DNA of 64,000 nt from a virus. Where the stretch lies: positions 1 to 64,000 of IMG/VR virus record IMGVR_UViG_3300042261_001929, one strand, 5' to 3'. The translations under genes and the position numbers were made by a program. Below, one piece after another: positions 8,941 to 19,040 of the stretch. The notes beneath the pieces were generated by a model. It was not told the origin of the DNA, searched no databases, and saw only the letters and a list, made by a program, of their open reading frames with translations. Position 1 is the first letter of the stretch; each line of letters opens with the position of its first letter.

Positions 8941-10821
8941 TTATTTTTTATATTTGTTCATGATTTTTCCTACGATTGGGTGCGCGTCTTTTCCCATTCT
9001 AAATAGCGAATACTGTTCTGACCACCATTCACTTGAATTTTTCTTACTATAAATGGATGGAAAGTCATCTTTATCATTTTTTGCGGCATCTAAGAAAGTG
9101 TTGTTAATTAGCTGAATATCATCCTTTGATAGTGAATTGTCCCATCTATAATGCCCTGCTTCATGAAATATGATATTTCGAATCCTGTCATTTCCAGGAG
9201 GGAAAAGCTGAGCCGCCGTATTTGGTATGAACTTCCTGCCTTCCTCCTTCTGTTTTATAAGGTCATTCAACTCTATGCTGATCTTAGCCCTTAATTTCAA
9301 TAAACCATAATTTACCTTATCACCCATGCTTTTTCTTGCATTATCAATTTCGGTTAGGCCCTTCTCGCGCACGGCAATCATGCTTTCAAGACTCGATTCT
9401 TCATTGTTCTCCTTCTCGTTTTTAAAATGTCTTGCCGAGATATCAAGTCTAGAAGTTGTCTTTACTATCTTATTTCCATCAGGCCCTCTTTGTGTATATC
9501 TAGTCAACGTCATTCTCGCTGCATTGGCTCCAGGAACATGTCCAATTTCATCGAGGTGTATTGGCATATAGGCATTTTCTTCTTTCAATGCACTCAATAT
9601 AACTTTAGTATCCTCTATTTTAATTCCCTTCAAATCAACTGAAGTTGCTCCGAATGTTTTTTTCATATCTTCGTACACTGGATTAACTTTTGCAGGCTTC
9701 TTTTCTTCCACTTTAGTGTCTGATTCAGCGGGATCACATTCAAATGTGCCCTGTTTATAGCTGTCTTTTTTACATTTTCCTCTCGCGTTCTCCTTTGGTT
9801 CTACATATTTCGACACTGGTAAATCGTTGACAACAACCACTTTCGATCGATTAATTAGGATCATATACTGTTGGTCAGGCACATCAATTGCATCATAACC
9901 CATCAGAGCAGCAAATATGGCTGGTTCTGATAATAGGCTTCCTTTTGCCCGAAGGGATTCATTAAAGTTCTTTGCATCATCAAATTCCTTGAATGACATC
10001 TTTGCCATCTCATCTCTGGATATTTCTTTTTCAAACAAATTGTTTATGTAATCGGACTTTATACGTTCTAATTCCTTATCCTTAATTATCCTAGCATTAT
10101 TAGATAGTGTCATCCTTATTACACTGCCTGATGTTTTGTTATTACTTGTAAGTTCGCTCCTTGAATACTTTTCTGCAACTTCCTTACCTGCTTTTCCATA
10201 TGCTGTATATATTCCAGTCCCATACATTCCGCCTCGCGTTTCGAAATCCCCATTAATGAACGTGTCTTTGGCTTTTGGATCAGATACACCACGCCAAAGT
10301 TCCGCACTTCCTTTTTTTACCAAGGCATCCATCTCTTTTGAAGATACCTTTTTCGGTTTATTGTCATATCCAAGTTCGTGTAAATACCCTTTCACTGCCA
10401 AACTTTCAGGACCATAAAGGCTATCTCGATTTTCCTTTTCAGATACAGGAAACTTACCATATTTGATCTTATACACGATCATCTCTTTGGATGTTTTCAT
10501 TGTATCGAAATCACTCATGCGATCTCGTGACTCTTTCGCTTCATCTCCGTCACTACATTTAAAAGATTCATCTACCGTTCCTTTTTTACATTTGCCGCGA
10601 CGATTTTCCTTAAGATTTATCTTTTCATATTTTCCAGTCAGATCCTTGTTTTCTTTCTTCTTAGAAAATATCTCATTTATTATATTTCCATCATCATCAA
10701 ACTCACTGATAATGACGGTTGTAGCAAGTTCTTCATCAACGGATTCATGATCATCATTCAAATATGCAACCGTGGCATAACTTCCTCCACTTGGTGTAGG
10801 ACCATCAATTTTTTTCATCAT
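8941..10821 (-). CDS. Modular virion-effector-like protein: TPxGG domain, ART-like domain, HExxH metallopeptidase
   Basis: GPTPSGGSY...ISEFDDDG; LWRGV...GMYGTGIY...GYDAI; FHEAGH...SIYS...EWWSE; two KEN-Cys tags. Confidence 0.7.
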   Translation of the reverse strand: MMKKIDGPTPSGGSYATVAYLNDDHESVDEELATTVIISEFDDDGNIINEIFSKKKENKDLTGKYEKINLKENRRGKCKKGTVDESFKCSDGDEAKESRDRMSDFDTMKTSKEMIVYKIKYGKFPVSEKENRDSLYGPESLAVKGYLHELGYDNKPKKVSSKEMDALVKKGSAELWRGVSDPKAKDTFINGDFETRGGMYGTGIYTAYGKAGKEVAEKYSRSELTSNNKTSGSVIRMTLSNNARIIKDKELERIKSDYINNLFEKEISRDEMAKMSFKEFDDAKNFNESLRAKGSLLSEPAIFAALMGYDAIDVPDQQYMILINRSKVVVVNDLPVSKYVEPKENARGKCKKDSYKQGTFECDPAESDTKVEEKKPAKVNPVYEDMKKTFGATSVDLKGIKIEDTKVILSALKEENAYMPIHLDEIGHVPGANAARMTLTRYTQRGPDGNKIVKTTSRLDISARHFKNEKENNEESSLESMIAVREKGLTEIDNARKSMGDKVNYGLLKLRAKISIELNDLIKQKEEGRKFIPNTAAQLFPPGNDRIRNIIFHEAGHYRWDNSLSKDDIQLINNTFLDAAKNDKDDFPSIYSKKNSSEWWSEQYSLFRMGKDAHPIVGKIMNKYKK

Positions 10822-13800
10822 TGTATACCACCCCTTAGAACATTTCTAGCCCTTTGTTTCAATTCATCATCCCTGTTCTTAATATTATTGAGCACGTATT
10901 TATCTAAAACCTTTGATCGATTCGGATATAGAAGCCTAAAAGACTCATTGTTGTTCAGGTACTCTTTTATCGACTCCGCAAAATCTTCAATAAGTCCGGT
11001 TTCTCTCCTATTTGGATCATCTGATTTAAATTGAATATGACTGCTCATCTCAGCATACGCCGATACGTACATACCATTTTCATACTTATGTGGTAATTTT
11101 ACATCTTCTTTCATTGCATCAAACCATGTGGGGTTTTCTGGATCATTGGATTTCTTTTTTTCAGAAAACTTATAGAATTTATTTGGATCTTGACCTAGCT
11201 TTTCATCTCCAATCGATCCTAGCTCAAAATCAAGATTGTGAGCAGCTTCGTGTGTGAGGACTTCCTTATCAATTATGTTTCCTTGTTCGAATAATGAAAC
11301 TTTCCCACCACCCGCACATCCAGCCGATTTAAATTCATGACCGGTCTTTTCCGACCAAAACGCATCGTCAGGATTTGCATATTCAAGAACCTCAACTCTT
11401 GTCACAGCACTTGCGATGTTGGTTGGCATGCAACTTATCTTAAAGAATAATTCATCGATGTCCATGTTTGATCGTTTGTCTTTGACTATACTAACAGTAT
11501 CAAAAACATACCTTGTTGAATCGGTTTTGATATTACCATATGTTGTAGCAACCGCGTCATAAATACCATCCGGTGCATTACTCGTTCTGTATCGGTGTTC
11601 ATCAGCATACGTTTTTACTAGGTTCTGATAAGATTCGTTTATTTTCAGCTTGTAGTACTCCCTTTCCTTTTCAAACCTCTCGAATACTTTTTTCCTTTCA
11701 GCAACAATTTTATCATGTTCCTCAGTAAAATCATCACGGCTAATAACATTAAGAACCGAATCGGGATCGTCATCCGATGCCCCATATTTTGTATATAAGT
11801 CATCAATCTTTTTCTTGTATTCATTATCCTTCTGTCTAAATTTACGCATTGAAGAGTTGTACTTCGCCTTTATTAATATATCGTTGTCAAGGGCCTTTAA
11901 GTACTTACTGTTTTCCCCCATCTTTGAAGTTGATGGTATCGTTAGCATGCTTTTTGATTTGTCTGCCATGAGTTTGATAATTTCCTCAACTTCTTCATTT
12001 GGCAGATCATTGGATGAGGTACCACATAAAAATCTACCGCTCTCAACCGTGCCCTCCGCGCATCTATAATTCAACTTAACTTCATCAGGTTTAACATATT
12101 CTTCATTTTGTTTCATAGCTGGCTTTTTTGGCCGTACTTTCCAATCTACTTCGCTATGCTGAGACAACCGATTCAATGGTATCTTGAATGAAACAAGATC
12201 GCGATCTTTTCCCCAATAGCCTTCTGCATGCTCTTTCGACGGGGAGACGAAAATACCTTCGGGAATATCTCCATTTTTGATTCTGTCAATAACATCAGGT
12301 GTGTGTGATGCCCAAACCTTTACCATTTTTTCGCCAATTCCCATCAAGTCGTTTACCAAATCTTGCGTCTCCTCTGATGCCTCCTCATTGCCTTCAAACA
12401 TTTCAAATTTTCCATCTTCAGAGAGCATCAGTCCAACCGTCATTTTGTCATCTTTATTCGCGGACACATAAACAGGGAACGGAAACACACTTTCATTAGT
12501 AAATAGTTTCCTGTTTGAAAGTAAACGATATTTTGCATCACTTTCATCAAAGCTTGCACCCTTCTCTTTCATCATGGAGTTAATTTTTGAATAGTCATTA
12601 CTGGCCTTTTCTAAGATCTTCTGTCCTTCTTCAGGATGCTCCTCATCGAATAATAACGAAGCAATGGTATCAAGGTTCATTTGTTCATCTGAAAGGTATT
12701 TTCCAGAAGAGCTGTATGAATCGGCCTTGTCTATTGCATCGTAAAAATCATCAATAGTGATTTTTGACTTGAAAAGCTCGGATTCAGTCTCCTCATCTCC
12801 ACATTTAAAAGATTCATCAACCGTTCCCCACTTACATTTTCCTTGTCTATTTTCCTTTACTTCATAACTATTTTGTTTCTGTTGTACAACTCTTTTGGGG
12901 TCTTTCCAGACATAATCATAGGGATCTTGAATCAATTTACCTTCAGCATAAATTTCTCCTGTTCCTGATGAAAAAGAGACATCGCGAGCATCAACCTTAA
13001 ACTCCATCACCTTGCCACCACTGCTATCTTTTTCCCCTCTTAACTTTGCATAATTTGAGGCACCTTCTCCATAGCTACCGAAGTTGCCTTTCGTATGACT
13101 GAAGTATGATCCTTCATTTAGGGTTTTCCCCCTCATTATGCTTTCAGCAGACCTGTTTGAGGTACCATGATATAAAACTACCGCACCGTCCGATTCTGAT
13201 ATTTTTAACCTAAGTCCATTTGATTTAAGTTCATCCCTCATGTCTTGTGCGGCTATTAATCTATTATTCCAGTCATTATGCCAAGTAGTTTCTGTTATTG
13301 TCTCACTATCTACCCTTGGCTTGCCTTGTAGATGGTCTGTAACCTTGTTAATCAAGCTTTCTGTTCTAGGAGAGTCTGGAACATCATCTTCCCTGAAAGG
13401 TCTTAAGGAAGGGCCTTTAACACCTTCTGTGGTACCCCATTCTTTGAGAAGCTTTCTCTCTGAAGACTTCCCATTGCCATCCCAAAAATTCTTCCCGACT
13501 TTTACAACTACATGCTGCCCAATACCACTGTAATTTTGTACGGTGTATAGATCTCCTCCTATCGTATTTTGGATTGCTTTAGCCATTGCATAACAACCAC
13601 CATCCAAGGGTCCGGTTCTTGCCTCATCATTGAATATAGTATACAAATCGTTATTCAATTTTATCTTCTTTGATAAATCCTTTTCATCAAATTGTTTAGG
13701 TTTTTCTTCTTTTTTGTCTTTTTGTAGCTCTCTCAATGCTGCCTTAAAAGTTGCTTTTCCTGCCTCGGTAAATCCACCAGTCTTATATAGCATATCTGGA

Positions 13801-15005
13801 TACTTTTTGAAAAATTCCAATGCAAGCTTTTTACCTAATCCTTTTCCTTGAAATTCTTTTGCAACAGAAAGATCGGTTTCGTCATCACCAAGCATTGATA
13901 TGTAGCCAGCTTCTTTCCCGCCAACCTTAACAATTATTCCGTCTCCAGTATCATGAAATGTGTTATTTCCATCTTTTTTGTACGCATCAATGCCATCAGC
14001 CATACCCTCAATGTCACCGGCATAAATTGCTGGCCTCTCGTCGTCTGATATTCTCTTTGTGTCTGCCTTTTCGATTACTTTTTCAATTCCTTTCTCTCTT
14101 ACCTCATCTTCAGGCGTACATTTAAAAGACTCATCCACTGTGCCCCACTTACATTTACTATTCTCTTTTATTATGTTTGATTCAGCATTTAAAATCATTT
14201 CATATTTCTTGATCTGCCAAGGGTCAATCTTACCTTTTACCCGAACGCCCCCACCGTATACAATACTCTCCGCTACTGTATCTCCCACTTTAACACCGGT
14301 ACCCCTCTGATTTGCTAATTGATCTTTATCAGCTAACATCTTACTAACAGGTACCAAAACTTCATAAACAGTTGATTTTCCGCCGTTGCCCAAATCTCCA
14401 AAGCTTTTTGCTCTTTCTGGTGTATTTGCTAGATATACGTATCCTGATGTCGATTGATAGCTCCTTCTTCTGTTTTTTGAGGTTGGCAACAGACCCTCAC
14501 CCTCGATGTCCAATGTTGGTGATGTACCATGATAGAATTTCATATAGACTGGATTATATTTATCTTTGTTGGCATCAATAACAGCCTTTATTTCTTTTAC
14601 CTTTTCCATTGATGGTATACCCTCAACAAACGGGTTATTGATTACTTTGTTGGATGTTCTTTCTGTCCAATTAAAACCCTTGCTTGCGCTTGTTTTTGAA
14701 TTGGCCTTGTCCCCCTCAAGGCCACACCTAAAAGATTCATCAACAGTACCCCACTTACATTTACTATTTTCTTTGATTTCTTCATCAGGTACTACGTATT
14801 CCTCACCATATTCATTTTCCTCAAATGGCTCAAATTGAATGCCATTATCGCCATCATATACATCAATGTGATCAATTTTTCCCATTAAAATGTCATCGGG
14901 TATCCCATTTGGAAATGCATCACAATGTAACTTATTTATTCCTGACTTGAACATTAAATTGTGTTTGCAATTCATACATGCCCAAGGCATCATAGGTACT
15001 GTCAT
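10818..15005 (-). CDS. Polyvalent protein: CxxC/AFPxGIP domain, ART (YHGT), GNAT, Cys-His-Asp domain, second ART, degenerate ART, HExxH metallopeptidase
   Basis: CMNCKH...CDAFPNGIP; FYHGTS...YVYLA; EFQGKGLG; DGGCYAMA...HVVV...DGNG; LYHGTS...GEI; THEAAH...SAYA...EDFAES; four KxN-Cys tags. Confidence 0.75.
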   Translation of the reverse strand: MTVPMMPWACMNCKHNLMFKSGINKLHCDAFPNGIPDDILMGKIDHIDVYDGDNGIQFEPFEENEYGEEYVVPDEEIKENSKCKWGTVDESFRCGLEGDKANSKTSASKGFNWTERTSNKVINNPFVEGIPSMEKVKEIKAVIDANKDKYNPVYMKFYHGTSPTLDIEGEGLLPTSKNRRRSYQSTSGYVYLANTPERAKSFGDLGNGGKSTVYEVLVPVSKMLADKDQLANQRGTGVKVGDTVAESIVYGGGVRVKGKIDPWQIKKYEMILNAESNIIKENSKCKWGTVDESFKCTPEDEVREKGIEKVIEKADTKRISDDERPAIYAGDIEGMADGIDAYKKDGNNTFHDTGDGIIVKVGGKEAGYISMLGDDETDLSVAKEFQGKGLGKKLALEFFKKYPDMLYKTGGFTEAGKATFKAALRELQKDKKEEKPKQFDEKDLSKKIKLNNDLYTIFNDEARTGPLDGGCYAMAKAIQNTIGGDLYTVQNYSGIGQHVVVKVGKNFWDGNGKSSERKLLKEWGTTEGVKGPSLRPFREDDVPDSPRTESLINKVTDHLQGKPRVDSETITETTWHNDWNNRLIAAQDMRDELKSNGLRLKISESDGAVVLYHGTSNRSAESIMRGKTLNEGSYFSHTKGNFGSYGEGASNYAKLRGEKDSSGGKVMEFKVDARDVSFSSGTGEIYAEGKLIQDPYDYVWKDPKRVVQQKQNSYEVKENRQGKCKWGTVDESFKCGDEETESELFKSKITIDDFYDAIDKADSYSSSGKYLSDEQMNLDTIASLLFDEEHPEEGQKILEKASNDYSKINSMMKEKGASFDESDAKYRLLSNRKLFTNESVFPFPVYVSANKDDKMTVGLMLSEDGKFEMFEGNEEASEETQDLVNDLMGIGEKMVKVWASHTPDVIDRIKNGDIPEGIFVSPSKEHAEGYWGKDRDLVSFKIPLNRLSQHSEVDWKVRPKKPAMKQNEEYVKPDEVKLNYRCAEGTVESGRFLCGTSSNDLPNEEVEEIIKLMADKSKSMLTIPSTSKMGENSKYLKALDNDILIKAKYNSSMRKFRQKDNEYKKKIDDLYTKYGASDDDPDSVLNVISRDDFTEEHDKIVAERKKVFERFEKEREYYKLKINESYQNLVKTYADEHRYRTSNAPDGIYDAVATTYGNIKTDSTRYVFDTVSIVKDKRSNMDIDELFFKISCMPTNIASAVTRVEVLEYANPDDAFWSEKTGHEFKSAGCAGGGKVSLFEQGNIIDKEVLTHEAAHNLDFELGSIGDEKLGQDPNKFYKFSEKKKSNDPENPTWFDAMKEDVKLPHKYENGMYVSAYAEMSSHIQFKSDDPNRRETGLIEDFAESIKEYLNNNESFRLLYPNRSKVLDKYVLNNIKNRDDELKQRARNVLRGGIQ

Positions 15006-18000
15006 TATTCTTTCCTCCTCAAAACGCGGTTAATAGCATCATATGCACTTGGTAATAAGTCCCTGTTAACTTCTTTGCCATTTGTCATCATACTAAACAT
15101 TTCAGCCACACACTCATCCTCGTCAGTTATTGCATATGATGATATAGCGCGCTTAATGTTGTTTGAATTTGCATTGTATGCACCAAATGATTTATCGACA
15201 CTTTCTTTATCCAATTTTTTTTCCTTCCATTCTTTTCTAATTAAGGAATTTTCATCAGGTGTAAATAACTGATACTGAACAGCATGTCCGACTTCGTGAC
15301 AGTAAGTACCCACCAACCCATCGATAGCACACCCCTTTATCTCATCTTTGCGCGATCTTCTTTTCACAACTCTTTCTAATGATGCGTTATAATGGAACGT
15401 AAGTTTTTTCGATGATGGATTATATGTTGCTAAATACGATCCTAGCTCAGAATCAGCCAGTGCAATTTCTGGTAAGTCGAGTTCTTTCAGGGCTGGGAAC
15501 TCGTTAAGCATTCTCGATCTTTCTTTTCCTATAATATTTAATGTATCGAGACATACTTTTGGGTTACTAAGTGCCGATTCTTCTGTAATATTTATTTTTA
15601 GACCCATTTCTTTTTCTGCATCAGAAACCTTGTTAAATTTTTTGTGCGACACTTCCATTTTTAAACGATCGCCATGCTCCTTGATAAAATCGGTTGCAGC
15701 ATATAGTTGCTCCATTTGGAGGGCCTGCCTGGCCCTGCCTTCGGATGTACCTGGGTCACTTTGATTTCTAACAATATTTTGTAAAACATCTCTATATGCA
15801 ATTCTTTGTGCTATTGACATTTCCTTAAGATCTTCGACAATAAGCGCCTTTTCGGCATTTGCTCGTTTCTCAATCGCAGCATCGCGTTTCTCATCAATGG
15901 CTTTCATCTGACTCATGATCTTCTTTTTCTCGCTTGATTTCAAATCGAGACTATAAGTTTTGTATATTTTGTCCCTCTCAGTGCTGAGCTTTTCGACTTC
16001 ATTTCGATGCTTTTCGACCTCTCTATCATCGAAAATATGATCACCTCGCACAAAATAGTCAAATCTCATTTTTTCAATTGGATCTGACCCAACACTTTCA
16101 TAAGTCTTAGATTCTTTTTCTGGTCGTGTTGTATCATTCAAAGCCTCTTTTTTGGTTCTTGGTAATAAACTAACATGATATAAAGTTCCACCGCCTTTTA
16201 TCTTTTCAATTTTTTCAAGCTTGAATGTAGAATTTGACGTGATCAGAATCTCAGATTCTCCACTTTTTTTACCAGCACTGAATCTTGTAATATCCATCGC
16301 ATTCGATCCCGCAGGTATATTAATTTTCATCATATAGGGTTTTTTCTCATACGAGGCAAATCGATCGCTAACGGATTTATCAGGCGAAGTTGAAACAAAC
16401 CCCTTATACTCAAAATTATCGCCTTCTTTTGTACCTTTAATACACGAAAGAAAGTTTAACTTGGACTGCCCAGAAAGACCTCTCCAAACCGTTAAGTCGC
16501 TATCGATTTTGTTATTTTCTATTATTCGATTGAGGTCAGTAATATCAGATCTTACTTCATTTAGCTGCTTTTCAGTAAACCCCATATAAACCCCATTCAT
16601 ATAGTTATTTATAGATGTATATTTAAACCCAGAATAAGCACTTATGGTATCACGATCTTTTGCGCTTAACTTAACAGATTTGTTTGGTTTGTTTGTTATA
16701 AGATCGTTTTTACCCAAAACTTCCTTTAAATTGTCAACGCTCTCTTTAGATACTTTTCCTGATTCCTTTTCCACTTTGACCTGTTTAATGGCTTCAGAAA
16801 CCTTACTTACTTCTAAACTTTTTCCCTCTTTTTTGGCTTTCTTTGCTTCTCTTTTAAGTCTTCTCTCATTTTTCATATTTTTAGCAGCTTCTGCCTTTGT
16901 CTCGCCACAGGAAAAAGAATTCGGTACATATTTTCCTTCAGGACATTTATAATTTAGTTTTATTGTGTTCAAGCTTGATGAGAGAGACGTTTCAAATGCT
17001 GCTTGTATAACATTTTTTAAATTATTATCAATCATAACAGAGTTTAGCTTGGTTCTTGATAAAATCCTCTTAAGAGGAGCAACCATTTCAGGGTAAAAAT
17101 CATTATCAAATTCATGCCCATTCGTAGCCATTGAAAACATTTCAGAAAAGCATTCATCAGGGGTCTTTGTTGCATATTCAGAGACCTGTCCTTCAATCTT
17201 ATTATATAGATCGGAACCACCACCAAAGCTGTGAGAAACCCCTTTCCATGACGCATATATGGCATTTCGTTCCTCTTTGGTAGTTAATTGCTGAAGAGCT
17301 GCATGACCAACTTCGTGCCTATAAAGGTCAGACAGGCTTGTACCCGATAACTGTCTTACGCCGTATCTATCGTTTTTTGCCTTTGATCCCTTTGGTACTG
17401 CCGCATTCTTTCCTCTTGATGCTGAATTAGATAACAGCGTCATTGAATTATCAGAACTATCGAATTTTGCCGCCCCTCCATGTCTGCCTAGTGCCTCATC
17501 ATCAATCTTATATTCTGATATGTCAAGTTTTTTTAGCATCGGGAACTCATTATATATCCTTGCTCTTTCCTCAGACACCTTATTTAGTGTTTTCAATGAT
17601 TCTGCCTTGCTTGCTTTTCCAACAATGGTAACTTTCGCACCAAGAATGTCAATAGCTTTATCAAAGTCTTTAAACTCTTCATGCTTCACTGGCAAGCTTT
17701 TGTTTTTGGTCTTGGATTCCTCTATTTTGTTCTCCAGCGCGTCCCTAGCATAACCATATGCAACAGAAAGCCTTTCATATTGTTTCATGCTGTTTTCATT
17801 TCTTGTGTCCAATTTAAATGTGCGGGTCTTCTCATCCAACACGTTAACGACTTTTGACAGATCAGCCTTAGACATAGATGCGAGAATTTTTGTCATCTTA
17901 TCAAAATCACCCTTTCCTCCCTTTCCGTTAATGATTTCCATCATACTAGATGATTTATCACTGGATATTTTCTTTTTGGTGCTGGCAGGCTTTTCTGCTT

Positions 18001-18130
18001 TTTGTTCTTTTTTACCCATTTCCTTTTCAAGACATTTTTCCGTACAACATAAAGAACCTTTAGCAACAGTTCCGTCCTTGCATCGGGCATTAAGTCTTAT
18101 AACATGAAACCTCTTCAATAAAAACACCAC
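15005..18130 (-). CDS. Polyvalent protein: HExxH metallopeptidase, VIP2/Alt-like ADP-ribosyltransferase, second HExxH metallopeptidase
   Basis: RHEVGH...SEYA...ECFSE; AYSG..YTSINNYM...VWRG...FVSTS...ESEIL (R-S-E ART); CHEVGH...SSYA...ECVAE; two tags. Confidence 0.8.
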   Translation of the reverse strand: MVFLLKRFHVIRLNARCKDGTVAKGSLCCTEKCLEKEMGKKEQKAEKPASTKKKISSDKSSSMMEIINGKGGKGDFDKMTKILASMSKADLSKVVNVLDEKTRTFKLDTRNENSMKQYERLSVAYGYARDALENKIEESKTKNKSLPVKHEEFKDFDKAIDILGAKVTIVGKASKAESLKTLNKVSEERARIYNEFPMLKKLDISEYKIDDEALGRHGGAAKFDSSDNSMTLLSNSASRGKNAAVPKGSKAKNDRYGVRQLSGTSLSDLYRHEVGHAALQQLTTKEERNAIYASWKGVSHSFGGGSDLYNKIEGQVSEYATKTPDECFSEMFSMATNGHEFDNDFYPEMVAPLKRILSRTKLNSVMIDNNLKNVIQAAFETSLSSSLNTIKLNYKCPEGKYVPNSFSCGETKAEAAKNMKNERRLKREAKKAKKEGKSLEVSKVSEAIKQVKVEKESGKVSKESVDNLKEVLGKNDLITNKPNKSVKLSAKDRDTISAYSGFKYTSINNYMNGVYMGFTEKQLNEVRSDITDLNRIIENNKIDSDLTVWRGLSGQSKLNFLSCIKGTKEGDNFEYKGFVSTSPDKSVSDRFASYEKKPYMMKINIPAGSNAMDITRFSAGKKSGESEILITSNSTFKLEKIEKIKGGGTLYHVSLLPRTKKEALNDTTRPEKESKTYESVGSDPIEKMRFDYFVRGDHIFDDREVEKHRNEVEKLSTERDKIYKTYSLDLKSSEKKKIMSQMKAIDEKRDAAIEKRANAEKALIVEDLKEMSIAQRIAYRDVLQNIVRNQSDPGTSEGRARQALQMEQLYAATDFIKEHGDRLKMEVSHKKFNKVSDAEKEMGLKINITEESALSNPKVCLDTLNIIGKERSRMLNEFPALKELDLPEIALADSELGSYLATYNPSSKKLTFHYNASLERVVKRRSRKDEIKGCAIDGLVGTYCHEVGHAVQYQLFTPDENSLIRKEWKEKKLDKESVDKSFGAYNANSNNIKRAISSYAITDEDECVAEMFSMMTNGKEVNRDLLPSAYDAINRVLRRKE

Positions 18131-18200
18131 ACTACTTTAGAATTTTACTCAATTTATGGTATTGCGTAAATGTAGAAACATTTAAATAGTAGTTGTTACA

Positions 18201-19040
18201 TTGATTTATAACATGTCAAAGATAAATAGCAATTGGGTAACAGAAAATGGAATAGTAAGGGTATCAAGCAGCTCACAAGAAGACAACTTAACAAGGATAA
18301 ACCTTTCTGGATCAATGGACGAAGTTATGTTAAAGGAAATAAATGGTACATATCCAGGAAAGATAAGTTGCGATAGAAACAAAAGATTTTGTACATGTGA
18401 TACGAATTATACAAGATATGATAACCCATGTGTGGTGCCATCTGTCGGATATAACTATTCATTTCAAAAAACATTGTTCTTAGAGATTGAAAAATGGGAA
18501 GAACTATCAAAAATTCTTGATTTCGTTGCCATCAGAAACATTGGTATATACTTGGATGGAGAAGTTCCTTGTGGTATCAAAGTGTTGGTATCGGCAAACA
18601 CATTTTCAATTGATAAATATGTAGAAGCAAAAGGGGTCGTAGGGGTCACTGGATATAAAATACCAAACCCGATCGACCTCGGAAATTTTGATAAAAACAG
18701 ACCACTTATAATAGACAGTAATCGGTACACTGGAAACTTTAGGTCAGTTGCATTTCTTATTCAAATAGAAATAGCCACAGACGCTATGCAAGGAGAGATA
18801 AAAATTCCAGACATGAAATTTACTGTTGATATAGAAAAAGAAGAAAAGTTCTGTAAAAACTGTATAAACTGCTTTGGTAGTGACTTTTACACTGGATTAA
18901 CAAACTGCCATCGTCTAGGCTACCAAAAGGATCTTGTCACTGGAATCAAGAAAGACATTATTTTAGAGTGTGGCATGGAAAGATATTGTGGTGAATGTGG
19001 CAAAAACGGTAAATTTTTCGTAAAGAAGAAGAAAAATTAG
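18201..19040 (+). CDS. Hypothetical protein with C-terminal Cys cluster
   Basis: 279 aa; FCKNCINC...C...C...CG..GKFF. Confidence 0.55.
   Translation: MIYNMSKINSNWVTENGIVRVSSSSQEDNLTRINLSGSMDEVMLKEINGTYPGKISCDRNKRFCTCDTNYTRYDNPCVVPSVGYNYSFQKTLFLEIEKWEELSKILDFVAIRNIGIYLDGEVPCGIKVLVSANTFSIDKYVEAKGVVGVTGYKIPNPIDLGNFDKNRPLIIDSNRYTGNFRSVAFLIQIEIATDAMQGEIKIPDMKFTVDIEKEEKFCKNCINCFGSDFYTGLTNCHRLGYQKDLVTGIKKDIILECGMERYCGECGKNGKFFVKKKKN

Noticed and set aside
9736-14774. KEN as a eukaryotic APC/C KEN-box degron
   Set aside because: The context is archaeal, and KEN alternates with KLN, RLN, KSN and KQN at equivalent positions.
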